Shown here in pieces: positions 12,994 to 22,390 of a stretch of 24,601 nucleotides of DNA. Numbering within the stretch: the first letter of the stretch is position 1; each line of letters opens with the position of its first letter. The stretch spans positions 1 to 24,601 of the forward strand of contig DAOWDR010000532.1 in the NCBI GenBank assembly GCA_030638935.1, read 5' to 3'. The notes beneath the pieces were generated by a model. It was given only the letters and a program-made list of their open reading frames with translations, was not told where the DNA came from and did no database searches. Source of the stretch: Desulfobacteraceae bacterium (lineage in GTDB: Bacteria > Desulfobacterota > Desulfobacteria > Desulfobacterales > Desulfobacteraceae). The position numbers and the translations under genes are program-made.

Positions 12994-15182
12994 TGGATAC
13001 CGGCAAAGGGCTTCATATTCAGATGTTCAGTATCCATGGGCTGCTCAGGGCCGAAAATATGGAACTAGGCCATGATGCCGACACAGGCGGCCAGATTAAG
13101 TATGTGGTTGAACTCTGCAATGCCCTGTCCCAAAACAGCAAAGTTGAACAAGTGGACCTTTTTACACGCCTGATCCGGGACAAATCCTGCTCTGACGATT
13201 ATAGTCTCCCCACGGAACAAATCAATAACAAGTTCCGCATTATCAGGATTCAATGCGGGGGGCGCAAATATATAAGAAAGGAATTACTCTGGCCCTTTTT
13301 GGACGAATTTGTTGACAAAACCATCAAATTTATTCAACAGGAAAAAAAAGTTCCGGATCTTGTCCACGGTCATTACCCGGATGCAGGTTATGTTAGCCGG
13401 GAGTTGGCCCGGTTTTTCGGGATACCCTTTGTGTATACGGGCCATTCCCTGGGAAAGTCCAAAAAAAAACAACTCCTGAACCAGGGAATGGATATCAATG
13501 ATATTAATAAAAAGCTAAAGATAGATCATCGGATTGATATGGAGGAAGTTATCCTCAAATCCGTTGATTTGATCATCACCAGCACCAACCAGGAAATTGA
13601 AGGCCAGTACGGTTTGTACCGCAATCGGACCCTGCCGAAATACCAGGTAATTCCTCCGGGAATAGATATTGAAAAGTTTCATCCCTATTACCACAACACC
13701 TTTTCCAGCAACAACAAAAAAGAGGAGGCTTTATTTGCCAGTGCCTCGGTCACCCGGGAACTGGACCGTTTTTTTCAACACCCGGACAAACCCATAATCC
13801 TGGCATTAAGCCGTCCGGACAAACGGAAAAATATAGGTGGCCTTATCAAGGCCTATGGCGAGGATAATGAACTTCAGGCCATGGCCAACCTGGCGGTTTT
13901 TGCAGGTATCAGAAAGGACATTTCCCTAAAAGAGGACAATGAACGGGATGTGCTGACCCGGATGCTTCTATTGATGGACAAGCATAACCTCTATGGAAAA
14001 ATGGCCATCCCCAAAAAACATGATTTTGAGCATGAAGTACCGGAACTCTATCGTATTGCCGCCAAAAAAAGAGGTGTCTTTGTCAACCCGGCCCTGACAG
14101 AGCCCTTTGGTCTTACCCTTCTTGAATCCCTTGCCTGTGGACTGCCCATTGTTTCCACCCATGACGGCGGGCCAAAGGATATTATTTCCAACTGCCAGGG
14201 AGGGGTTCTGGTGGACCCCAAGGACTCTGCGGCCATTGCCCAGGCCATCAAGGATATCCTTGCACACCAGGACCTGTGGAATGAGTATTCAAAAAACGGA
14301 ATCATGAACACCCGGAAGTTTTATACCTGGGAAAATCATGTAAAAGACTATGTAACTGCGATTGAGCGTCTCTGCCGGGAATACGGATCATCGGACATCC
14401 AGGTCAGGAAACCCAGCCACAGTATAGGATATCGGCTTTCAGATCTGGACCACATGCTGATCACAGATATTGATCACACCCTGTTGGGCGGGGACAAAAA
14501 AGAGCTTGCCGACCTGATGGAACTTTTGGAAAAAAACCGAAACCACCTGGGATTTGGTGTGGCCACGGGCAGGAGTTTGGAATCTGCCCAAAAGGTTCTA
14601 AAGGCCCATGGCGTAATGACACCGGATATTATTATTTCCTGTGTGGGCAGTCAGATCTATTATGGGAACGCCTTTTACCGCGACAAGGGATGGGAGACCC
14701 ATATCTCAAAAAATTGGAAGCCCGGCCCCATGAGAGCCTGCCTTGAAAAAATTGATTTTATTCGCCCCCAGAAAAAATTGTTCCAGGGACCTTATAAACT
14801 CAGTTATTATATGGCGCCGGGAAAAGATCGTTTGGCTCGGATCCACCATGTTCTGACCCAAAATCGCTGTCTTTACACCCTTATTTATTCCCATGGCAAA
14901 TATCTTGACCTGCTGCCATACCGGGCATCCAAGGGAAAAGCCATCCGATACCTAAGCTACAAATGGGAAATCCCCCTTAAAAATTTTCTGGTCTGCGGTG
15001 ATTCAGGCAATGACGAAGAAATGCTACGGGGCGATCCCTGCGGAGTGGTGGTGGGCAATTACAGCCCGGAACTTGCTGTCTTAAAATCCAGTAAAAAGGT
15101 CTATTTTGCCGACCAATCCTTTGCCAAGGGCATTGGCGAAGGAATTTCCCATTATAATTTCATCAATCAAGCAAAGGGATAA
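12993..15182 (+). CDS. sps: Sucrose-phosphate synthase with a C-terminal HAD sucrose-phosphatase domain
   Basis: GT4: SIHGL...LGHDADTGGQIKYV, HGHYPDAG, FVYTGHSLG, EPFGLTLLE. HAD: TDIDHT, ATGRS, SKGKAI, GDSGND. TAATG overlap with the kinase gene. Confidence 0.93.
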   Translation: MDTGKGLHIQMFSIHGLLRAENMELGHDADTGGQIKYVVELCNALSQNSKVEQVDLFTRLIRDKSCSDDYSLPTEQINNKFRIIRIQCGGRKYIRKELLWPFLDEFVDKTIKFIQQEKKVPDLVHGHYPDAGYVSRELARFFGIPFVYTGHSLGKSKKKQLLNQGMDINDINKKLKIDHRIDMEEVILKSVDLIITSTNQEIEGQYGLYRNRTLPKYQVIPPGIDIEKFHPYYHNTFSSNNKKEEALFASASVTRELDRFFQHPDKPIILALSRPDKRKNIGGLIKAYGEDNELQAMANLAVFAGIRKDISLKEDNERDVLTRMLLLMDKHNLYGKMAIPKKHDFEHEVPELYRIAAKKRGVFVNPALTEPFGLTLLESLACGLPIVSTHDGGPKDIISNCQGGVLVDPKDSAAIAQAIKDILAHQDLWNEYSKNGIMNTRKFYTWENHVKDYVTAIERLCREYGSSDIQVRKPSHSIGYRLSDLDHMLITDIDHTLLGGDKKELADLMELLEKNRNHLGFGVATGRSLESAQKVLKAHGVMTPDIIISCVGSQIYYGNAFYRDKGWETHISKNWKPGPMRACLEKIDFIRPQKKLFQGPYKLSYYMAPGKDRLARIHHVLTQNRCLYTLIYSHGKYLDLLPYRASKGKAIRYLSYKWEIPLKNFLVCGDSGNDEEMLRGDPCGVVVGNYSPELAVLKSSKKVYFADQSFAKGIGEGISHYNFINQAKG

Positions 15183-15185
15183 ATC

Positions 15186-16637
15186 ATGGCACTTAAAAAT
15201 AAAATCCAGTTGATTACCTACCCTGACAGTATGGGCGCCAACCTTCCTGAACTGCACTACGCACTTAGAAAATACTTTTTAAAGGCCATCGGGGGAGTCC
15301 ATTTGCTGCCTTTTTACCCCTCTTCCTCGGACAGGGGATTTGCCCCCAAAACCTATGATGAGGTGGACCCGGCCTTTGGCACCTGGGATGATGTGGAAAA
15401 GATAGGGCAGGATTTTGATCTCATCATTGATTTCATGGTCAACCATATTTCCAGACAGTCTGTTTTTTTCCAGGATTATGTTGAAAAGGGTCCGGATAGC
15501 GAATATGCAGACATGTTCCTAACCTTTGAAAAACTTGCACCCAACAGCTTTATCCCTGACGAGGACCTGGAAAAAGTCTATACAAGGAAGCCACGCCCGC
15601 CCTATCAGCAGCTTGAGCGGCCCAACGGTACCCTGGAAAAAATCTGGTGCACCTTTGATTACGAGCAGATAGACCTGGACTATAATTCCCCAAAAACACT
15701 GGAAGTGATGCGCAAATTTCTCATACGCCTGGCCAGGAATCGCCCCAAGATGATCCGCCTGGATGCCATTGCATATACCACAATAGAATTGGGAACCAAT
15801 TGTTTTTTCCTGGAACCCCAGATCTGGAAAATTTTAGAGTGGTTTAACGATTATGCATCTGCCTTTGACACGGAAATTCTGCCCGAGGTGCATGAACATT
15901 ACACATACCAGTTCAAACTGGCAAAGAAGGGATATTGGTGCTATGATTTTTCCCTGCCCATGCTGGTACTCCACTGCCTGTATATGAAAACCACCAGACG
16001 GTTAAAATCCTGGCTGAACAAATGTCCCCGCAAACAGATCACTACCCTGGACACCCATGACGGCATAGGGGTGGTGGATGTAACGGAGTTATTAAACCAG
16101 AAGGAGATCGACCAGACCATAGACGAACTTTATAAGAATGGTTCCAATGTCAAAAGAACCTATTCCGGGCCGGAATATCAGAACCTGGATGTCTACCAGG
16201 TCAACTGCACCTACTACTCTGCCCTGGGGTGTGATGATGACGCCTATATTACTTCACGAACCATCCAATTTTTTACTCCTGGTATACCCCAGGTCTATTA
16301 TGTGGGCCTTCTGGCCGGAGAAAATGATATTGAGCTGGTTGAAAAAACAAGACTTGGCAGAAATATCAACCGACATAATTATACCCTGGAAGAGATCAAG
16401 GAAGATATTCAAAGGCCTGTGGTGCAACGACTGCTTCGCCTCATGGAATTCAGGAACTCCTATCCGGCCTTTAACGGTGAATTCACTGTCATGAAATCCA
16501 CAAACAAACAATTAATACTGGACTGGACCCATAAAAAATACACAGCCACTGTTTTTATTGATGTTGATGCCCCGGGTGACACCAAGATCACCTATACCGA
16601 CCCTGTGGCATCCCGGGTAGTCGACTTTATTGTCTGA
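15186..16637 (+). CDS. gtfA: GH13_18 sucrose phosphorylase
   Basis: IQLITYPDS, GGVHLLPFYP, DFMVNH, RLDAIAY (nucleophile), ILPEVHEH (acid/base), TLDTHDGIG, and acceptor loop NLDVYQVNCTYYSAL. Confidence 0.88.
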   Translation: MALKNKIQLITYPDSMGANLPELHYALRKYFLKAIGGVHLLPFYPSSSDRGFAPKTYDEVDPAFGTWDDVEKIGQDFDLIIDFMVNHISRQSVFFQDYVEKGPDSEYADMFLTFEKLAPNSFIPDEDLEKVYTRKPRPPYQQLERPNGTLEKIWCTFDYEQIDLDYNSPKTLEVMRKFLIRLARNRPKMIRLDAIAYTTIELGTNCFFLEPQIWKILEWFNDYASAFDTEILPEVHEHYTYQFKLAKKGYWCYDFSLPMLVLHCLYMKTTRRLKSWLNKCPRKQITTLDTHDGIGVVDVTELLNQKEIDQTIDELYKNGSNVKRTYSGPEYQNLDVYQVNCTYYSALGCDDDAYITSRTIQFFTPGIPQVYYVGLLAGENDIELVEKTRLGRNINRHNYTLEEIKEDIQRPVVQRLLRLMEFRNSYPAFNGEFTVMKSTNKQLILDWTHKKYTATVFIDVDAPGDTKITYTDPVASRVVDFIV

Positions 16638-16648
16638 TTTTATAAATT

Positions 16649-18766
16649 TTATTGTTTAAGCCTGTAATTGGGTTTTTGAAACACCTCAACCTCTTTCTGG
16701 CAAAGGGTTTGCCTACGAATACGAGCAGCTTTAATTCTGGCCTTTTCCACATTTTCTCCGGGAATCCTGTTTTTCAGATACCAATCGTCGGGGTTGGATA
16801 AAAACCCAATCAATTCCTGTTCAGCCTCCTGGGCGTTGCCACAGGATTTGATTAAACAGGGGGCAAATGCAGGCCCATATTTTCGCCGGGCAATTTCATC
16901 GGTCTGTTTTTGGGTATGTTTCCATAAATTATCCGGATCCAGCAAAATAATAGGTGCCAGAGGATTTTCATGGATCTTCATGGAGGTGATGGTAATAGCC
17001 AATTCTTCAGCGCTTCCATACCCGCCGGTATTGATAATGGGCAAGTTGCTCAGCTTCTGGAGATGGTCCTGCCGGGCCAGGCGCAGCCCCTCTCTGTATT
17101 TAATCAATCCGTCACAGGTGGTCAGGGATGCCTGGTGTTCCCCTTCAAGGTCAATGGCAATTCCCACACTCATGATATTATGCTGACGGGCCAGGTCATT
17201 GGCCTCTTTCATAAGCCCTGGGCCTCCGCCGTGGACAATCCCCATTTCATAACCCAGCCTGATGGCCAGCCGGTTGATAAGATCAATGGTAAGCTTATTG
17301 TCTGCTTCTTTTGTATGGGACCCGTAAAAAGCCAGCCAGTATTTTACCCTGTCAAACCGTTCTCTGTCGTCTGGTTCCATGAAACTACCATGGTAAAAAC
17401 TATATAATTTATCCGTGTCGGAATCATAGCGTAAAAATTCACATCCTGAATGACCTGCATGGGTCAGTTTGATCATTTTTTTAATATAGTCATCCTCAAA
17501 GGAAGGATTGTTCATATTAATCAAAAAGGTTCTCAAGCCGCTGCGTTTCAAGGCATCAATGACTTCAAGGGCCGGAAACTGCCTTCCGATAAAGACCCGG
17601 GAATTCACTCCCCCCAGAACAGATAGTTTTTCCAGGGTTTCCTGAAATTTGTCCTCCCCGCCATCCAAAAGCTGTGGACGTCTTTTTCGATAGGTACTTT
17701 CAAGCAGGGCGTTCTTGATGATCTCAAGCTGGGCCTCACCATGGGGATTTAAGGCCTGGGGAATCTGGACAAAATTCCCCTTGTTAAGAATCATGCCCAG
17801 AGATTGATTTTCAATGGCGTTGAACAGATTGGAAACTTCAGCATTGGTTAACAGGTCGCAGAGTCTGTAGCCTTCTTTTACCTTGTTTTTTTCCAAAGGA
17901 ACGGTCAAAGGATTCCTGGTTCTGAAAAACCGAATCCTGATCCGAATTTTATCCAGCCCAATGGGTTTGGTGCCGAAATGGTAAAGTTCCACCTGCCTGT
18001 CCCTGAAAGTCCTAAAGGGATCCAGCACCCGGGCAGGCAGGTGCTCTATCTTTTCATTTTCAGGTTCTGCCACATGGTCAATGATCCCGTAAATATCTCC
18101 CAGGGAAATCTTGATGGCCCCCACAAACAATTCCCCGGGGTTTAACCGGGTGGCTCCAAGGTCCAATGGCATTCTGGACCTGATACTACTCAAGGCGCTT
18201 CTGCCCTTTTTTATCACGGCATTTATGGAGGAAGGATTCATGGCAGAAGGCTCAAAACAATATTGATAGGGTTCCAGTTCCATACTGATATAGTCACAGG
18301 TTTTGCCGGTTAGAGGATCTTGTTCCTGACAGATTTCAAATCCTTCATAATAGCCTTTGCCAACCCTGCGCCCCACAAAAAGCCGTTTATGAAGATAATG
18401 GCGGACGTCCTGAATTCTCATCTCTGGGTCCATAACCACCAGCCGGCCGATTTCATCCCCTTTTTTAAAAAGATCCAGGGCATTTTCCAGCAGGGGATTC
18501 AGATTCCGGATCTGTCCCTCCATAAAAATATCAGATGCCTCAATCTGCAGCAATTGGTCAGGGGACAATTGGTCAGTCTTAATACCGATCTGGGCATTCC
18601 CGCTTCTTCCCGAAAAAATAAAGGGTTTGCCTTCCCTGACAGCTCCACAGATATAATCTGATACAAAGGGGAATAAAAATTGCGCCCTTAAAATTTTTTC
18701 CTCATTTTTTCTAGGATGAATGGCATTGATATGGCCATCCGGGCTGATGATCTGAGGTATTTTCAT
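16649..18766 (-). CDS. Long LOG-family nucleotide monophosphate nucleosidase-like protein (705 aa) with an uncharacterised N-terminal region containing a dCTP-deaminase-like segment
   Basis: Residues ~476-655: LAFYGSH, IVHGGGPGLM, ARQDHL, NTGGYGSAEEL (LOG PGGxGTxEE variant), PIILLD. Start MKIPQ at 18766 chosen from an upstream AGGA; this is uncertain. Confidence 0.8.
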   Translation of the reverse strand: MKIPQIISPDGHINAIHPRKNEEKILRAQFLFPFVSDYICGAVREGKPFIFSGRSGNAQIGIKTDQLSPDQLLQIEASDIFMEGQIRNLNPLLENALDLFKKGDEIGRLVVMDPEMRIQDVRHYLHKRLFVGRRVGKGYYEGFEICQEQDPLTGKTCDYISMELEPYQYCFEPSAMNPSSINAVIKKGRSALSSIRSRMPLDLGATRLNPGELFVGAIKISLGDIYGIIDHVAEPENEKIEHLPARVLDPFRTFRDRQVELYHFGTKPIGLDKIRIRIRFFRTRNPLTVPLEKNKVKEGYRLCDLLTNAEVSNLFNAIENQSLGMILNKGNFVQIPQALNPHGEAQLEIIKNALLESTYRKRRPQLLDGGEDKFQETLEKLSVLGGVNSRVFIGRQFPALEVIDALKRSGLRTFLINMNNPSFEDDYIKKMIKLTHAGHSGCEFLRYDSDTDKLYSFYHGSFMEPDDRERFDRVKYWLAFYGSHTKEADNKLTIDLINRLAIRLGYEMGIVHGGGPGLMKEANDLARQHNIMSVGIAIDLEGEHQASLTTCDGLIKYREGLRLARQDHLQKLSNLPIINTGGYGSAEELAITITSMKIHENPLAPIILLDPDNLWKHTQKQTDEIARRKYGPAFAPCLIKSCGNAQEAEQELIGFLSNPDDWYLKNRIPGENVEKARIKAARIRRQTLCQKEVEVFQKPNYRLKQ

Positions 18767-18832
18767 GGCAAGGTCTTTCCTAGGGGTTAAGAATCGGATA
18801 GGCCACAATTACAGATATTTTTTGGCACAGAA

Positions 18833-19096
18833 TCAGAGGTCTGCTTTTTTCTTTGTATCATAATCATCAAAAAGCAGGGACAAATCTTCAATGGAAAGAG
18901 CTCTGACCTGATGGGGAAGCCATTTATATTTATCAATCAGATATCGGTAAACTGCATCCATGCCATGCAGGTCTTCATAGCCTTGGTCCTTTGCAATCTG
19001 CTCGCCCAACCGGGAAAAAACAGCTTTCATTTCTCCTTCTGCAACAAATAATCTTTCTGTCCTTTCCTGATATTCTTCGTTGATATCCTTTTCCAT
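18833..19096 (-). CDS. Hypothetical protein, 87 aa
   Basis: GGAGG lies upstream of the ATG at 19096 (MEKDINEEYQ...). Helical, charged sequence; co-oriented with and 66 nt upstream of the LOG gene. Confidence 0.75.
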   Translation of the reverse strand: MEKDINEEYQERTERLFVAEGEMKAVFSRLGEQIAKDQGYEDLHGMDAVYRYLIDKYKWLPHQVRALSIEDLSLLFDDYDTKKKADL

Positions 19097-19334
19097 TTTA
19101 CCCTCCATACAAAACGATTCAATATGATATGCAATTTCATGTCATCATGGGAAATTCTATATCCCAACAGGGGAAAGGTCAATAAGAAAGAGAAAGCACT
19201 GGGTCCGGCATATGGGATTCTACCGATTCTCCCAAACCTAAAATTGATTTCACCAAGCCCTTGAAATAATTTTTGTTTTCCCTTCACGGGCTTTATGGTG
19301 GATGAATTCCAGGCCTTCTAAGCAGAACCCATGA

Positions 19335-22300
19335 TTACATCTTTTCAGATTTCATTTCTGCCAGGGGAATTCTGAAAAACAGAGAATAAAGCACCGGTAC
19401 AACAATCAGGGTCAGCCCAGTGGCCACGAAAAGCCCCCCCATTATGGTGGCGGCCATGGAGGCAAAAAACGGATGAAAGAGCAAAGGGGCCATGCCCAGA
19501 ATGGTGGTTCCTGCGGCCATGGTTACCGGTCGCAGACGGCTGATGGACGCATCCATAACAGCCTGGTACCGTGTTTTTCCAGCCCTAACATCTTCGGTAA
19601 CCTGGTCCAGTAGTACAATGGCATTTTTCACCAGCATGCCGATGAGGCCTAAAAATCCCAGAATGGACATAAAGCCAAAGGGCAGGGAAAAGGACCATAA
19701 CCCCAGGGTCACCCCGATAAATGACAGTGGAATGCACAAAAAAATGATCATAGCCTCACGCAACCCATTAAAAAGGCAGACCACCAGAACAAACATGCCC
19801 AAAAGACAAACAGGGAAAAATGCTTTGATAGAAGCCTGGCCTTTACTGCTTTCCTCGGACTCTCCTCCCCATGCAAGAGAAACGCCCGGGGGAAGGTCAA
19901 GGGCTTCAATACGGGACCGTACCGCAAGTTCAAGATCTTCGGCCTGTCCATAGGCCTGATCGCACTGGACCGTGATGGTGGGCATCCTGTTTCGTCGTTT
20001 CACCAGGGGCAGTTCCTCCACCAGCTCAAGCTTTTCTATCACCTGCTCCACAGGCACATATCGGTTCAGGACAGAACTATAAACCTGGATGTCATTGAAA
20101 TTTGCCACCGAGGCCCGCTCATGGGCCGGGGGTCTGGAAACAATGGGCAAAATCTCATCCTGCTCCCTGTAAAGCCCCACGGTCATTCCTGAAAAATTCC
20201 ATAAAAAAGTCTGGCTTATATCCGACCGGGAGATACCGGATCGACGGCCCCGGGTCTCCGTAAAAACCGGTTTAAGAGTTTTTACAGATTGCCGCCAGTC
20301 ATCCCGGATATTAACGGCCATGGGAGTGTTGTGTAAAATTTGCTTGGCCTGATCTGCAAGTGTTCTTAGTTGCTCTATATCAGGTCCCCGAAACCTTGCT
20401 TCCACAGCATAATCCACGGGTGGTCCTTCCTTGAACCTTGTGGCCTTGAATTCGCTGCCCGGAAATTGGGCACCAATATATTTACGGATCTTTGGCAAGA
20501 GAGTTGTCACCTGGTTGTAGTCATCCACCTGGACCAAAAGCTGGCCGTAGCTTGTGTTGGGGGACTGGTAATTATAATTGAGAATAAAACGCAGGGAACC
20601 TTCCCCAATAAAAGAGGTCACAGATGTCACCCCGTCCAGGGCCCGGATATAGCGGTCTATATCTTCAATATCCTTGCTGACTTCATCAATATGGGTTCCT
20701 TCTGCCCGCCAATAATCCACAAAGAACTGATTTCGGGTTGAATCCGGGAAAAAATATTTTGGGACCTGTTGGAATCCAACCCCTGCGCCTGCCAGAACCA
20801 GGAAAAGGATGGCCAGGGTTATCCATCTTTTTTGGATGCAGGTGCCCAGGAACTTTCTGAACCACATATAAAACCGGGTGTTAAAAGGATCATCTTGGAC
20901 TGCCAATGGTTTTTTAAGACAGAGCACACATAGCACCGGTGTGATGGTGATGGCCAAAAGCCAGCTCAATGACAGGGAGATGGTCAGTACATAGAAAAGA
21001 GACCTGCAAAACTCGCCTGTGGCCCCGGGGTTGAGCCCAACGGGCACAAAGGCCAGGACAGCTACCAGGGTGGCGCCTAACAATGGCCACATGGTGGTTG
21101 TTATAGCTGTTTTTGCCGCCTCTTTTTTTTGCATCCCACGGGCAAGGCTGATTAGAAAAACATCGGTTACCACAATGGCGTTATCCACCAGAATACCCAG
21201 GGCCAGTACCAGGGCTCCCAGGGAAATGAGCTGGAGGGTGATATCCATCAAAAACATACCAACAAAGGTTCCTAGGATAGTCAACGCCAGCACTCCGCCG
21301 ATGAGCAGCCCGGCCCGAAGGCCCATGAAGATCAGAAGCAGGAGAATCACAATGGCAACCGCCTGGGCCAGGTTGACCATGAAATCGTCCAGGGATTCCG
21401 TTACCCGGGCAGCCTGGAAATTAATGAGATCAACGGCCATGCCTTGGGGTTTCATGGTCTCAAGATCTTTTAGACGATCCATGATATCGTCTCCCATGCG
21501 GACTACATTGCCCCCTTTTTCCGTGGAAATTCCCAGCCCCACGGCAGGCACCCCATTGAAGAGCATTTTTTGCACAGAAGGCTCCCGGTATCCCCGGAAG
21601 ACCCTGGCAATATCTCCCAATCGGAATAGTTTGCCCTCCCCGCCTGCAATATAAAGATCGGCAATGGCCTTCTCACCGGAAATATCCCCTGTGGGGCTGA
21701 ACCGAAGGTATTCGGGCCCGTGCTTAACCTTGCCCGCCGGTGCCACAAAATTCTGGGATTCCAGGGTGGCAAAAATCTGTGCCGGAGAGATACCCAGACT
21801 GGACAGGCGGGATCTTGAAAACTCCACATAGATTACCTCGGCCTGTTCTCCCCATATGTCAATTTTGGCAACCTCATCCACCAGGAGCAATTCTTTTTTC
21901 AGATATTTGGCATAGGCTTTTAATTCTTTGTTGGAAAAATTTTTACCGGAAATAGCAAAATAAACCCCGTACACATCTCCGAAATCGTCCTTAACAATGG
22001 GAATCCCAGCACCCGGGGGCAAAAAGCCCTGCACATCCTTTATTTTTTTTCTGAGTTCGTCCCAGATCTGGGGAATCTCATTTCCACCAAACTCAGGTTT
22101 TATTTCAGCAAATACAATGGATAAACCTTCCTGGGAAACGGATTTGACATAGTCCAGCTGGCCCATACTCTGGACAGCCTGTTCAATTTTATCCGTAATC
22201 TCTTTTTCAACTTCCAGGGCCGAAGCTCCGGCATATGAGGTGACCACCATGGCGGTTTTGATGGTAAAATCCGGATAGGCAAGTCTGCCGAGCTTCTCAA

Positions 22301-22385
22301 AGGAAAGTATCCCAAAGGCCAATATAAGAACCGCTAACAGGAGACTGATGACCTTTGTCTTGAGTATGGTCTGTGCTAAATTCAT
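19335..22385 (-). CDS. RND efflux transporter permease subunit (AcrB/AcrD/AcrF family)
   Basis: 1016 aa with 1+6+5 TM layout; TM4 LGILVDNAIVV, TM10 GMLVKNAIVLLD, TM11 SRLRPVTM. Confidence 0.96.
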   Translation of the reverse strand: MNLAQTILKTKVISLLLAVLILAFGILSFEKLGRLAYPDFTIKTAMVVTSYAGASALEVEKEITDKIEQAVQSMGQLDYVKSVSQEGLSIVFAEIKPEFGGNEIPQIWDELRKKIKDVQGFLPPGAGIPIVKDDFGDVYGVYFAISGKNFSNKELKAYAKYLKKELLLVDEVAKIDIWGEQAEVIYVEFSRSRLSSLGISPAQIFATLESQNFVAPAGKVKHGPEYLRFSPTGDISGEKAIADLYIAGGEGKLFRLGDIARVFRGYREPSVQKMLFNGVPAVGLGISTEKGGNVVRMGDDIMDRLKDLETMKPQGMAVDLINFQAARVTESLDDFMVNLAQAVAIVILLLLIFMGLRAGLLIGGVLALTILGTFVGMFLMDITLQLISLGALVLALGILVDNAIVVTDVFLISLARGMQKKEAAKTAITTTMWPLLGATLVAVLAFVPVGLNPGATGEFCRSLFYVLTISLSLSWLLAITITPVLCVLCLKKPLAVQDDPFNTRFYMWFRKFLGTCIQKRWITLAILFLVLAGAGVGFQQVPKYFFPDSTRNQFFVDYWRAEGTHIDEVSKDIEDIDRYIRALDGVTSVTSFIGEGSLRFILNYNYQSPNTSYGQLLVQVDDYNQVTTLLPKIRKYIGAQFPGSEFKATRFKEGPPVDYAVEARFRGPDIEQLRTLADQAKQILHNTPMAVNIRDDWRQSVKTLKPVFTETRGRRSGISRSDISQTFLWNFSGMTVGLYREQDEILPIVSRPPAHERASVANFNDIQVYSSVLNRYVPVEQVIEKLELVEELPLVKRRNRMPTITVQCDQAYGQAEDLELAVRSRIEALDLPPGVSLAWGGESEESSKGQASIKAFFPVCLLGMFVLVVCLFNGLREAMIIFLCIPLSFIGVTLGLWSFSLPFGFMSILGFLGLIGMLVKNAIVLLDQVTEDVRAGKTRYQAVMDASISRLRPVTMAAGTTILGMAPLLFHPFFASMAATIMGGLFVATGLTLIVVPVLYSLFFRIPLAEMKSEKM

Positions 22386-22390
22386 CGGTG

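Noticed and set aside
19255-19293. Imperfect inverted repeat AAGCCCTTGAA...TTCACGGGCTT after the RND gene
   Set aside because: Large loop, internal mismatch and weak U-tract; not enough to call a terminator.
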